Origin: Phoronis australis
Lineage: Eukaryota; Animalia; Phoronida
Direction: 5' to 3'
Length of the DNA stretch: 64,000 nt
Assembly (NCBI GenBank): GCA_002633005.1
Contig: NMRA01000255.1
Coordinates: 529,600-593,599 of the forward strand
Shown here: in pieces, positions 38,701 to 50,679 of the stretch
Position numbering within the stretch: position 1 is the first letter of the stretch
Layout: the number at the start of each line of letters is the position of its first letter
Translations under genes and position numbers: made by a program
The notes under the pieces: generated by a model
Database searches by the model: none
The model's input: only the letters and a program-made list of their open reading frames with translations
Told to the model about the DNA's origin: nothing

Positions 38701-41700
38701 TTACCACTACACCACCACGATTTCACTACTAAACTTAAACTAAGAGACCTACTTGTTTATGGTCCACAGCGTTTGCGCGCGAAACCTACTTCTTTTTGTA
38801 ATGCTTATTACACGTTTTATATTTTGTGCAATCGGTTCTTAACAAATTTGTTGTATTTAAAATAGTCATCAAATGCCGAAAAGACCAAATCCGTTTTTCG
38901 TGTTGGCAATAATGACAGGATTGCTTTGGAAATCGTCTTAAGTTAAGGTTTGACAAAGAGAAAATTAATGAGTTTATGAGTGATTCACTAAGGCTTAGAT
39001 TAAAATTCACATCTTACCAGCAGCTTCTGTTTTTTCATCGTCACTCAGGTTCCATTTTCTTTAAAAAATGAAGTAAATTTTCTTCATTGCACAGTGGAGC
39101 AGACGACGGAAATGCGCAGTGCCACTATCGGTCGCCTGGGATATCGCGGGAGAGCCTACACTTAGCCATAGTTCCGTTACGAATGTGCTGTGTTCCGAAT
39201 TTGACACTTGAAATTAGATCTGAGCCCACCCCCAAACACTAAAACTGCACACATTTAAATCTTTTTTCATCCGTATAATTTTAATTACTTGGGCAAATTA
39301 ATAAACTCAACATTTTCCTATGCTGTTGCTGTTTTATTTTTTTTGCGGCAGCCAAGCGGGGGTCCTGAGCCTCCTGGGCCCCCCCCCCTGAATCCGCCTA
39401 TGTGCTATTTTGGAAGTGTCACGCGCTTCGCTCAGTCCCGCGCTAGCATTTGCCTAACTCACGTGACTCAGTTGACATACTTTGGGGTTATCGCGCGCGC
39501 AGTGAAAAAGTTAACGGCAACCAAAAAGTTGGAATTCTGCGCCCAAGTCAATTTAATTCTCACAACTAAGCTTCATCGAAGATATGTATAGAAGTAGAAA
39601 GGGCCAATTATAGAACGTGAGCGCTTTATTAAATGATAGTTTTAAGTGTGGAATGTATTTTTGACGAGGTGAAAACTCAAATTGGGTGACCGTTTAAAAT
39701 TCATGTAACGAAATGGGTACAGAAAGCGAATGGAAGTATTGTAGCCCCTAAATGGCCAACCGAGGGGCTACGTGTTGCCTAACTGAAGTTGTACTTTTCT
39801 ATGCGCACCTAGTCTTAGTTCTAAAACAAAAGTTGCCTGGTAGCAAAACTAAGTGAAAAATGCCAGTAGTAAGTTAGTACTAGTAACTCGAAATTCCCAA
39901 CAAACATAACATCTTCAGCTGTTTGCCATTATTGCAGTTTTCACCAGTAACAAAACAGTCAGTGTGTATGAAATATTTAAAGACCATCTTCCTTCGGATG
40001 TGCAGTGTAAAGTAATTGTTTTCCTTTTTTCTAGCTAATGCTAAAGAAGCACTTGATCTAAGTAAACAGCAGGAGGTATCCACTCAACTGGATCATCAGC
40101 GCAAAATAAAAGTAAGTGTCTCTCATTTTTAACTCCGTGCATTTCGTATGAAGCTGTGCGTGAGAATTTAACTGGGAAGCGAGAATGGCTTTAACCCAGA
40201 CGAGTGTAATGATTGTATCATGATTGCATTGTGCCTTGTGTAGTGTGACGACATATTGTGTGAAACGTGTTTATTGCACAGTAGTTTTCAGAAATAAAAT
40301 GAAGACTTTGACTGAACTCTGTCAAACTTGGTCAAAATTCTTGCCAAAATTATTCAGCAGGTTAGTCACCCTTTGCTGTGAAGTAAAATGACATTTTTGT
40401 CGATATTTAGTCAGGGTTTAATAAGGCATTCTTGTGCCTGACTGCCAATGGGATGGAGTCAGTGGATTTGCAAGGTATTTTATTGCGATTTTATCAAAAC
40501 ACGTGAAGAAACACGTAATGGTGTGACCAGAATTGAAACAACTTGGAGCCGAATACAAATGTTTATTTTACGTCAGACCTTCTTTAAATTGAAATGTCAG
40601 TGAATATCCAAGTTGTCAGTATAGTTCAGCGATATTCCTGGACTGCACCCTTGGGACATTAGCGCATAAAAAAGGCCCAAGTACATTGCATCCGTGCACC
40701 CTCCAGGCCCATCTTCTAATTATGCAACACTTCCAAAAATGCAAGGTTCTAGTCAACTTACAGCCAGTTGGGTAAACAAGACTCTGTTGTTATGTCGATT
40801 GTCCTTGGGGTGTCTGTGTCCTATGTTACCTCTTTAATTACACCAAGTCTGCTGGGCACAACCTTTTGAAAAAGGCACACTTTTTATCATCAGGTACGCC
40901 CAAAGGGCACAGGTTCTAATCTGGTCAGGAATATTCCTAATAGTTTCAAAACTACCATATTAGTAACAAACAAGATCATATATATCATCTTGTTCAGTAA
41001 CGTTGCCTTGTTTGATCTGTTGTCTTCTAGGAATATGAGGCACACATTGAACAGATGAAGGTCGAGCAAATCCGTGCTCAACAAGAAGAGAGACGTAAGA
41101 CGCTGATCGAGGAGACGAAACAACACCAACAGAGAGCACAGTATAGGGACCAACTGGAACGCAAGCGTTATGAGGATCAATTGGTGCAGCAGGTCTGAAT
41201 GTTCAGTGGTCGTGACTTCTTTGACTTCCCTGGGCAGGTTCTGTGGTTGTGTCTTATGGTTTCTCAAAGTGCCGGCAAAAGTTGTGGCCATTTATGCTGC
41301 TGGCAAAATGTTGGCAAAAACGATAGTGTTTTAGCCGGTTTGTGAAGAGGAAGTGAAAGTCTAAGTCTTGTCATTAAGTGCCCTCTTCGTGTAATTAATA
41401 ATTAGTATTCAGTTTGAAATAACTTTTCCTTAACAATGGTAAGGAAAGATATATTTTTACTGCACACTTCAGCCATCAGGTCGGATGGGTATGTTTACAA
41501 TGTCCATCTTAATTGATTAAAATTTGTTGTGATTTTAACTGATCCTTGATTTGTTTATTTTTAGTTTTGTCTTTCAGACGCATAAGTAGCTTGACAATTG
41601 TGGGCTTTTATTTGTAGACACGGGTGCAAGAGGAAAATCTACGAAAGCAGGAAGAGTCTATTAAAAAGCAGGAAGCAATGCGGAAATGTAAGCTCTCATA

Positions 41701-44700
41701 CCGTGTTCATTTGTCTTCTTTGGCTGTTTAGTACCGCTACAAGTTCTAGTTGGCTTTCAGCTGTCTGCAATGGTCAGTTTTTGGTGGTCGGGTGGCATTA
41801 ATTGTTGACCGTAGGTTTATGTTGCTGGCTTTAATTTATGTTCCTCTTAAGTTGTTAGCTGTAAACAGTAAACAAAATTTAAGCCATAAGACGAGTCAGA
41901 TATACTGATTGTGAGTGGATCGTGCTTCTTCTTGTCAGCGACAATGTATTCAACGTCTTTATGACATGTTAGATGTTTAGAAAACACTAAGTGTTTATTT
42001 ACCAAAATGTTTTTGTGAGTCTAACAATTGCCTGATGTAGTGTGCAATATCTTGCCAATAGCAGGTGTGGCCTCCTAGCCAGGAGTTGAGACTGTCTGTT
42101 ACTAGGTTTCACTGTGAGTTTCTTGTCTCTACAAATACAGCGACCATTGAGCATGAGGCAGAATTGCGCCATAAGAACGAGATGTTAAAGCTTGAGGCAG
42201 AAATGAAGGCCAAAGGCAAGATTGATCGAGAAAACCAAGACCTAAACCTGGAGCAGATCAGGCTGAAGGCAGCAGAACACAGGCAGACTGTGTTGGAGGG
42301 TATTAAGTAAGACAAAGTTTTGTGTATTCAGTTAAAACTGAACAAAAAATCTGACTTGAAGTCTTGAGCATCAGATGATTGCTTATGTATGAGTCTTCAG
42401 ATAAGTACATTGGCGTGTAATTAGGGTGATGCAAAAGACAAGGGTGGGCTTATGTCCAGGTGGGCTTGTATCGGACATTTTTGGTTTGGCTTCTGCGTCA
42501 AGTAGAGTGGCACAAAGTGCACTACCTGTTGAACTGGAGTGTGAATCTTGACTCGCCTGCCATGCACTTGAAAGCTGTCGTTGATCTTTGTTCTACAGCA
42601 GTTGATAAGTGTTGACAGTTTTTGGTAGAGACTAGTCAATTCCAGTCTCTTGTGACACTTGATTAGCCCTCTCAACAATCTGGTATAGAGTGATCTGGCT
42701 ATCTCTATTTTGGATTAGATAACGCTATGGTGGATGCAGCTAGTTGTTTACTGTTATTGGTTGTATTTTAGGTCATTGAACAAATCTCAAGTATAGACTT
42801 AGTCTTATTTATTTTATAAGTACTGTATTTGATGATGTGGTATGCTGTACATCTTCCCCTCATTTCTTTCCTCTAGAACTGCTGGCTCTGTGTTAGGGGC
42901 TGGATTCCAGGCATTCATCAGTGACTGGGACAAAGTATCGGCCACGGCAGCAGGACTTAGTCTTCTCGCTGTTGGTGTCTATGCTGCCAAATTCGGCACT
43001 GGTGTCGCCGCTAGGTACATTGAGGCCCGGGTTGGTAAACCTTCGCTAGTCAGAGAGACATCGAGGCTCACAGCTTTCTCAGCTCTGAGGCATCCAATAC
43101 AGGTACAGTTGTGAAGCACAAATTTCTTACTGAATACCTATATATGTCAGGTAAAAGGAAGTAACTTAATTACACTATTGGTCATAGGCAACAGAGTTGC
43201 AACTCCGATATTTCGATGTGGAAGTCCCAGAAGAGGTGCCACTTTCTGGTTAGCAGACGATTTGCTGAAAGTAAAACCATAACTCACCCCTGACACCAGT
43301 GGTGAATAGTGACTTCTCAGCCAATAGTGTGCGTACGATCACAGATTTTTATTCGTTGAGAATATACAAAGTTGGCGTTCCATGTACTATATATGTGCGT
43401 GTGTGCGTGCGTGTGTGTAGTGCAGTGTTCTCCACAACCTGTTTTGACTCATCACTTCGCTAAATATTGCTGTGACGAGATTGGCTTACACAACATAATT
43501 CAGATCTCTGACTCATCACAATATTTTTCATTTCATACATAATGTTTGTCGTCCTTGAAACATTCACTCATCCTATTTCTGTAGATGTGTATTTGCTTTA
43601 CAGACAGTTAAAAGAATAAGGTCAAAACCCCAAGATGCGTTAAAAGGCATAATACTCGATGTAAGTATGGGTATCTCAGGGCTTGGAATTTTCCGCAGAA
43701 ACGCGGATTTCCGCTTTTTTCAAATGTGCTTTCCGCTTTTTTTATAATATTTCCGCGTAAAAAAATTTTTATTCCTCCTGATTTTTGTGGGGAAAGGTTC
43801 ACACTGACCATTTCAAGGCTGGTTATCGGGCAAGATTTGGGCCGTAAAAGTTTCAAAGTTTCCGCGTTTTTTGTCATTGGTCATTCCAAGCCCTGGTATC
43901 TTCATTTGGTCTGCTTTTCTTTAAAATCATATTTCAATCACTATTTTCCAAAATATCAGCGGCTTGTTTAAAATTTCTGATTCATATGGTTGTAGAGTAT
44001 TTTGTGTGTAAGCAGACAATGCATGGTTTTACATGTAACTTGGTTGGAGATGGACTTTTACTTTGTTTTTAAATTCTTTGCCATCACCATGTTTTCAAAT
44101 CACCGTTTTGTCAATTAGTGAGATGTCTGTGAATGTAAGAAATTGCGTCATGGTTTCATTAACTGTCCGTCTTGACCATCACAGAGTATTTGTTTTAATA
44201 CCGCCACAACTGATGTGTGTGGCACGACTGAGCTGTGTGGTTTAGTTGTTTTCAATATTGGTCAGCTGTGCTGAGTCGAACCTACCAGCTCCACAGTGGT
44301 AGCTAATTGGCCTGTTGCTGAGCCAAATCCCATGAGTTAAATGACTAGTAAGAGTATTTTAAGTTCAATACAAGGATAGACATCAGTCATGGTTTCAGCA
44401 AATGTCTGGCAGACAAAGATGAGAATTGGTGATTTATAATTAAATCACGAAAACACAACGGAATTTGTTGTTTTATAGCTCTGGTCAAAGGTACCAACTT
44501 GGTGAAGTCTGTCCTATCCATAAACTGTAAGACCAATACTACGCCTTTGATTGATTTCTAAGGTTTTAAACAATTATGTTGAGAATTGCTCGGATACTAA
44601 TTTCATGTTGAACATGCTGTTACAAGAGGTCTGTTATGCGTTAAGTGTATTTGAATTTGTTTTGCACTCAGCCACTGCTGGAAGAGAGGCTCCGAGACAT

Positions 44701-47700
44701 TGCTATAGCAACGAGACATACGAAAAAGAACAACGGAACGTACAGAAACATACTAATGCATGGTCCCCCTGGAACCGGGAAAACCATGTTTGTCAAGGTA
44801 ACGCGTAGTACGACAGCGAACAATGACGGTATATTGAACTTGCTCGTTCAATTGTAGTGTTTGCTGTGTCTGCATACAATGTTTTCACTCATTCGCTCCC
44901 CTATGTCTGTATGTGAAGCTGGATTTGAAACCTTTTCTTTCAAATGGTTACACCTCGTGGTGCCTGAAAGTGAAAAGTTGCAAAATTACTAGACATGTAG
45001 ATGAAAGGTGTCACTTTCAAATTATTGTTTGGAGTGAACATCATTCTACATGATCATTATATGGTGCTAAACAAGTGACGTTTGATCCGTTTTCTTTTGA
45101 CCATTTGTTACTGCAAGCAAAAAGAGCACTGTCCACATACACGGTTCAAGTTTTCAAATTAAAATAGATACAGTCATAATTTGACCCAAAAATATTACTA
45201 TCCATTCTTTTCGGCTATAACCCCTTTCAATTCTGGCTTAATGTCGACAAAATCTGAACCGGTGGTGATCCACACACTGTCAAAGTCTGAACCAGTGTGG
45301 ATCCACACACTATCAAAATCGCGACAACTTATTCTGCAAGTCCGTTCACATTAAACTGATTAAATTTCGACAAACTGCTATTTTATTATGGCAAAAGTTC
45401 GTCTGAACTGACGAATAATTCTTGCCAGAAGTTTATCATAGTTTGGTGGAATTTGATAGAGTTGTTTTGATTTCTAGTTTATTCTAAAAACCTAACTGTA
45501 TCTACTTGTGACATTAAACACTACACTAGCTTCTGCAAATTTGAGCTTTCTCAAGGTCCTCTCGTACATTACACTGTCTTGCTCTTGTATAGACATGCGA
45601 TACAACAGCTGCCCGATATTCATCGATGACAAAAATGCATAATGTACATTTAATCCTGGATCTCCCATCTGGACATCCATCGTCGTCGGACAAGAAGATT
45701 TGAAACATCTGGTGTGAAAACATACACAAACATGTGGAGACACCTATTGGATGCTAATAGGTGTTGTGTTAAATACCACTTGCTTTATAAGAAAATTTGC
45801 TGCCAGTGTACACAAATGTTAACTGCAACTATACAGTAGTCTGTGATGCCTAATCATTGTTCCTGGTCTGTCACAGAGTTTAGCCGCCCACTCTGGTATG
45901 GACTATGCCATCATGACAGGGGGTGACGTGGCTCCCATGGGGCGTGACGGAGTCACTGCCATGCATAAGGTCTTTGACTGGGCTTCCACTAGTAGACGAG
46001 GGTAAGGGGACGTTGATTGTTTATTGGATATTTATTGCACTTCTCACATATTAACTGGATTCTGTCGCCTGACACAAGTTGGACTTAAAGAAATCTTGTA
46101 TCCGTCTGTTAAGGCACATTTCATCATAAATTGGAACCTGTTATAGTTAAAACTGCATAATTTCGTTTACATAAGTCGTAATTTATCAATTATCTTTCTG
46201 TTTATCATCTGCCTGTCCGTACAGCCCTTAACTTGTCCAATCTTTGATGACCACAGAAAGATTGTATTTGAATGATAATTTTGCCTCCATACTGCCGCGT
46301 TAAATCCTTGTGCATGATGTGTGTTTTCGTGGCTTTCAACTATTAGAGAATTATTTGGTTTCATGGGGTGACCCTTACACTCAGTGATGCTTGTAGCCAG
46401 GTGCCCTTGGTGATGAAGCTATTCAACTACCAAAATTATACTTTCAGTACTGTTCTTCAGTCCATTTGCATTTTGGTATTGAATAGTCTAAGGTAATATA
46501 GCCGAGCGTCCATCTCATTCTGTCGCAAAATGGCTTAATTCTGACTGGGCCTCACTAAGTGTCGCAATGTTGGTATAGCTTAGTTCTGACTGGACCTTGT
46601 GTTAAAGTCCTGAAGTCTGCTCTCCAGTGTAGCATTGGCGTGTGAATCTTAGTGTGAGCTATTACGTCATGGGTTAATTAATCTATTGGCCAGTGCGCAC
46701 ATAAATACTGCTCAGATATATGGTTGTAAAAGAGAGAGTAACCATTTTTTAGTCAGGAGATGAAATACTGTGGTGTGTTAAGGTGGATGAGTGACTTTTG
46801 CCTTATTTCAGAGTTTTGTTATTTGTGGACGAAGCAGATGCATTTCTCAGGAAAAGAAGCACGGTAGGAACCAGTCTTACACTATTTACCTTCTCAGCAA
46901 GCTAGCAACCAGTTGTGAACTGTTGTCCTTCTTAAAAGTATACATCGTGTCTGTTACAAATAGTTATTTTGACCTTCCATTGATGATTATGTTAATTTTA
47001 TTGTGTTTTCAGGAAATGATTAGCGAAGACATGAGAGCTACATTGAATGCGTTCTTGTACAGAACTGGTGAGCAGTCTAACAAGTGAGTTCATAGGGTTC
47101 TCTGAATTTGTATGTTTCCTTTGAAATACTTTTTATTCTGGTGACATTTTCCTGATCCTGATTGCTAGTGTCTATACACACGTGTAGGCTTTGGCTACAA
47201 GCCAGCCAAAGTCAACAATTATTTGTGGTATGATATGTGAATTTGTTTTCATTAATATTTGTGTCGAAGTCGTCTGATAAATGTCTCATTCTGTACATGT
47301 GGTGGAAGTGTTGCAGTACATGGTCAAAGTACTGCAATAATACATGGCCTTCGATGGACTGTACCGTCAGCTGGTAGGAGCTTGGTCGAGCTGTCCACAG
47401 AATGCCTTGAATTGCCTCACCACATGGGTTGCCCTCAAACACTTCATATTTTTACTCTAGAGTCAGCATGGTGGCAGAGAAAACAGAATACAAATTCTTC
47501 AATTTTGGACTAGGTGAAATTTCACATTGTCATATAGAAATAACTTTCACTTCTTAGTATTGATTAAATAGAATTTCATAAAAGTTTGAGCATTTGCAGC
47601 AATGCAGCAAGTCATTACAGAAAAATGGCATTTTTGTTTCAAATTGAAGATTTTTTACCATAGATTTAAACTCCACCTGCCAAACGATGACTAGTTGAAT

Positions 47701-50679
47701 GAGGACTTCACCTGAATGAACCTACTTGCGACATGAGTTACTTTTCATTTCTTACGAGCATCCACACGTGTCTAAAATGTTGTCAATTTTTGTCTGCAGA
47801 TTCATGCTGGTCTTGGCCAGTAACCAGCCAGAGCAGTTTGACTGGGCCATCAACGATCGACTGGACGAGATGGTGGAATTTGACACCCCGGGGCGAGAGG
47901 AGCGTGAGAGGATGGTGCGGCACTACTTTGAGCATTATGTGTTGAAGCCAGCCGCTGAAGGCAAAAGGTGACGGCTTAGTAATTCTTAGATGCAATGCAG
48001 AAGAGACCTTAGCCAAGCGTTATCATGTCTTTCTGTGTGAATGTGTTTGTTATGCTTTGTTTCTATTCAGAGTGAGAGACATGTTGAGTTTCACAGGTGT
48101 GAGCTGGTTTGTTTGTATTGGTAACCTGAGTGACCACCACACATTATGATAGTTACTATAGGTTTGTACTTCACTGGCCATTGCTGGCATCACAGCTGTA
48201 GTTACTCGTCTTGAACATGGCACAAATGATGATCCTTACTGGTTAAAAATTGTTACATATTTTTTTGTTTATGGTATTTGTGATTGGAAGTGAATGATTA
48301 TGTAGTCCAGTAATTCTCGTTGTGATATTTTACAGGAGGTTAAAGGTTGCTGAGTTCGACTATGGTGCTAAATGTTCGGAAATTGCCAGTAACACAGCAG
48401 GGCTTTCGGGTCGTGAGATTGCCAAGATCGGCGTGGCATGGCAGGTAATGTTCAAAGTTCACAATAAAACCTGTTGCTTGTTTCATGGTGGGTAAAATGA
48501 CATGCTACAGTAGTCTTCAAAATGAAATGGACAGACTTTGACAGAGCTCTATCACACTCTGTCGAAGTGTGGCGAACTTTTTGCCAGAATTATTAGTCAT
48601 CTTTTTCTGGGCATCTGGCATCTGCGGCTGTATCTACTAAACCCTTTGCAGGACCATAATGAGATTTCGGTTGGCAGATGTGTTTCTATGAAGATGATGA
48701 CAAATGACCACGATTTTCGAATCGATTCGACAATAGCTCTGCCCCCTAGTGACAATTTTAGTGTTGTACATTTGCCTCTGTATCTTCATGGATTTTCATA
48801 AATTTAGTAAGTGGGACGGTTTGTATTAAAGAGACGATGAGACCTTCCCGTTTTCTTACAGATATAACTTATTCTGCACCACCTGGTGACAATGTAAACG
48901 AATTTTCAGTACGTTTTTATGTACGCTTTTTTATCCACCAAACCACTAAACGGATCATTATGAATATTGCCAGATGTTTTCCTGATGAGAAGACCGCAGC
49001 TGACACTGATTTTCGGTCCGGTTCAACAACTGTGGCGACCCCAAGTGGCGTTTTTTGTTTTTGCATCCACAGCTGTGTCGCCTTAACTCTTTGGAGGATC
49101 TTTCTGAAATGTGGCAGATATCCTCCTATGATAATGGATGATGACGAGTTTCAGACCATTCCGACTAAAGGTGTGCCCTCTATTGGAAATTTTATTTTTT
49201 TTTGTTTTCCTCTGTATCTTTAGAATTCGTGGATGGATTTTTCTGAAGTTTGTCAAATAGGCTGCTATTAAGGCGACAGCTATGCCTTTCCATTTTGGTC
49301 TGATTCCATTGTTTAGCGTCTACCTCTTTATCTGCCAAACTAGTTAAAGGATCCTTATGTATCGTAGCACTTGTGTTCCTGATGAGAAGAGTATGGCTGA
49401 TGTCAATTTTTGGACATATCTGACATCTGTGACGTCCCCTAGCGGTGATTTCATATTTTTGCAACCATTGCTGCAGCTGCTGATTCCTTTGCATGGTGTT
49501 TGTGAATTTTTGCAAGTGTTTTCCTATACATGTGACAATGGCTGCATCATGACTTTTTGAATGGCTCTTACTTCCACTATGCACCCCTCCTGTAGCAATT
49601 TTAATTTTTACATTTGCCTTTATATCTTCTGTCAGAGTTCCTCAATGTTTTTTTTTTTGAAATTTGGCAAACAATTAATTGTCTATTGTGAAGATTACAG
49701 CATCTGTCTAATTTGTGATGGATTCAATTCTGTGCCATGCAGTGACCATGTTAATTAATATTGTGTCTGCTTTTTTCCCGTCTGCTTCTGTATCTGCCAA
49801 ACCACTCAGAGGATCGTTGTGAAAATTGGCAGATGTGTTCCTATTGCCATGAGCACGACTGGCGCGGATTTTCAGATGGATCCATCGTAATTGTGGTGCC
49901 CCCTAGTGACTTTAGTTTTGCTTTTGGGGCTGTATCTACTAAACCCCTTGCAGGATCACAATTTGTCAAGCCTGTTCCTGTTAACTTGACAATAGACAGA
50001 CTACTAGTGTGCCCTCTAATGGCAATTTGTTTTATTTAACATCTGCTTCTGTATCTTTGGAATTCTGTGGTGGATTTTCATGAAATTTGACAAATTGCTC
50101 TTATAATAAAGAGAGGACGAAGCTATCTCAATTTTGGACATGTTTGATGTACTGTGTACCATCTAATGGCCATTTTAATTATACTCAAAAATACGGTTAG
50201 AAGCCCACCATTTCCATTGTGGTCTTGGGTGCATTTCAAGGCTCTGTGTTGCTCTTGTTTTTCAATGTAGTCGAATTAATCTGAAAGTTATTGCGCCTAG
50301 ACGGTAATTGTTTATTTGTGAGTAAGTTGTCACAATTTCAACGAAGTGCATGGAGCTACACCTGTCAAAATGTTGCTGAGATTTGGCCTACATCTACATT
50401 GAAACAAATTTTGTTATTGGCTGGTTTAACATTACATAGCAATTTAAACAAAAGCTGTCTTCAATCCCAACCTTTTCTCTTCAGGCATCAGCGTATGCAT
50501 CGGAGGACGGGATACTTACTCAGCAGATCATTGACGACCGAGTTGCGGATGCTGTGAAGCAGCACGCCCAGAAGGTTGCATGGCAGCATGAACAGGAACT
50601 GAAGAGTGAGGGGGGTCAAGGCTACAAATCGTCCAAGGATGCGTCGACATACGTCCCACCCGAACACCAGCACCACTGA
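35595..50679 (+). CDS. ATAD3: ATPase family AAA domain-containing protein 3 (mitochondrial), 14 exons, 601 aa
   Basis: Exons 35595-35796, 40035-40111, 41031-41192, 41618-41687, 42141-42306, 42877-43102, 43604-43660, 44672-44797, 45877-46001, 46812-46863, 47013-47083, 47800-47967, 48336-48444, 50485-50679 join in frame (1806 nt). MSWLFG start, [24 protein letters not shown], Walker A GPPGTGKT, Walker [37 protein letters not shown]. Confidence 0.97.
35916..36816. mobile_element. Mutator/foldback-like non-autonomous element, copy 1 (TIR about 270 bp, 9-bp TSD CCTGGCTGT)
   Basis: cctggctgt|taggcaatgaccatcgcc ... ggcgatggtcattgccta|cctggctgt. Confidence 0.92.
37158..38077. mobile_element. Mutator/foldback-like non-autonomous element, copy 2, inverted relative to copy 1 (9-bp TSD GGCTCAAAG)
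   Basis: ggctcaaag|taggcaatgaccatcgcc ... ggcgatggtcattgccta|ggctcaaag; internal segment is the reverse complement of that of copy 1. Confidence 0.92.
38422..39402. mobile_element. Non-autonomous DNA element, CAGTAGCGGAT/ATCCGCCTATG termini, 5-bp TSD TGCTA
   Basis: tgcta|cagtagcggatct ... gaatccgcctatg|tgcta; G-rich left and C-rich right subtermini as in 20799-21097. Confidence 0.7.
38651..38720 (-). pseudogene. tRNA-derived sequence (Pol III A and B boxes) inside DNA element
   Basis: minus strand tggtgtagtggtaaagc...gagttcgaatct; acceptor stem does not pair cleanly. Confidence 0.5.
40035..40111 (+). CDS. ATAD3: ATAD3 exon 2
   Basis: [25 protein letters not shown]; GTAAGT. Confidence 0.92.
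41031..41192 (+). CDS. ATAD3: ATAD3 exon 3
   Basis: [10 protein letters not shown]...EERRKTL...[11 protein letters not shown]. Confidence 0.93.
41618..41687 (+). CDS. ATAD3: ATAD3 exon 4
   Basis: [23 protein letters not shown]. Confidence 0.93.
42141..42306 (+). CDS. ATAD3: ATAD3 exon 5
   Basis: [13 protein letters not shown]...[18 protein letters not shown]. Confidence 0.94.
42877..43102 (+). CDS. ATAD3: ATAD3 exon 6
   Basis: [20 protein letters not shown]...[11 protein letters not shown]...HPIQ. Confidence 0.95.
43604..43660 (+). CDS. ATAD3: ATAD3 exon 7
   Basis: [19 protein letters not shown]. Confidence 0.9.
43677..43895. mobile_element. MITE with CAGGGCTTGGAAT TIR and 6-bp TSD GTATCT
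   Basis: gtatct|cagggcttggaat ... attccaagccctg|gtatct. Confidence 0.82.
44672..44797 (+). CDS. ATAD3: ATAD3 exon 8 (Walker A)
   Basis: [15 protein letters not shown]...[13 protein letters not shown]. Confidence 0.95.
45877..46001 (+). CDS. ATAD3: ATAD3 exon 9
   Basis: [41 protein letters not shown]. Confidence 0.95.
46812..46863 (+). CDS. ATAD3: ATAD3 exon 10 (Walker B)
   Basis: [17 protein letters not shown]. Confidence 0.95.
47013..47083 (+). CDS. ATAD3: ATAD3 exon 11
   Basis: [23 protein letters not shown]. Confidence 0.95.
47800..47967 (+). CDS. ATAD3: ATAD3 exon 12
   Basis: [27 protein letters not shown]... Confidence 0.95.
48336..48444 (+). CDS. ATAD3: ATAD3 exon 13
   Basis: [17 protein letters not shown]...[15 protein letters not shown]. 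Confidence 0.94.
48600..50230. repeat. Degenerate internally repetitive element in ATAD3 intron 13
   Basis: recurrent ctgtatct..., ggattttc.tgaaatttggcagatg, gttcctgatgagaag, ccccctagtg units; related to 24190-24900. Confidence 0.55.
50485..50679 (+). CDS. ATAD3: ATAD3 exon 14 (terminal)
   Basis: [33 protein letters not shown]...PPEHQHH*. Confidence 0.93.
   Translation, partial: ASAYASEDGILTQQIIDDRVADAVKQHAQKVAWQHEQELKSEGGQGYKSSKDASTYVPPEHQHH

Noticed and set aside
38651-38720. Functional tRNA gene
   Set aside because: A and B boxes present but acceptor and anticodon stems are poor; lies inside a transposon
46410-46545. Intronic C/D box snoRNA (GTGATGA ... CTGA) in ATAD3 intron 9
   Set aside because: No terminal stem or recognisable rRNA guide by eye; such motifs occur by chance
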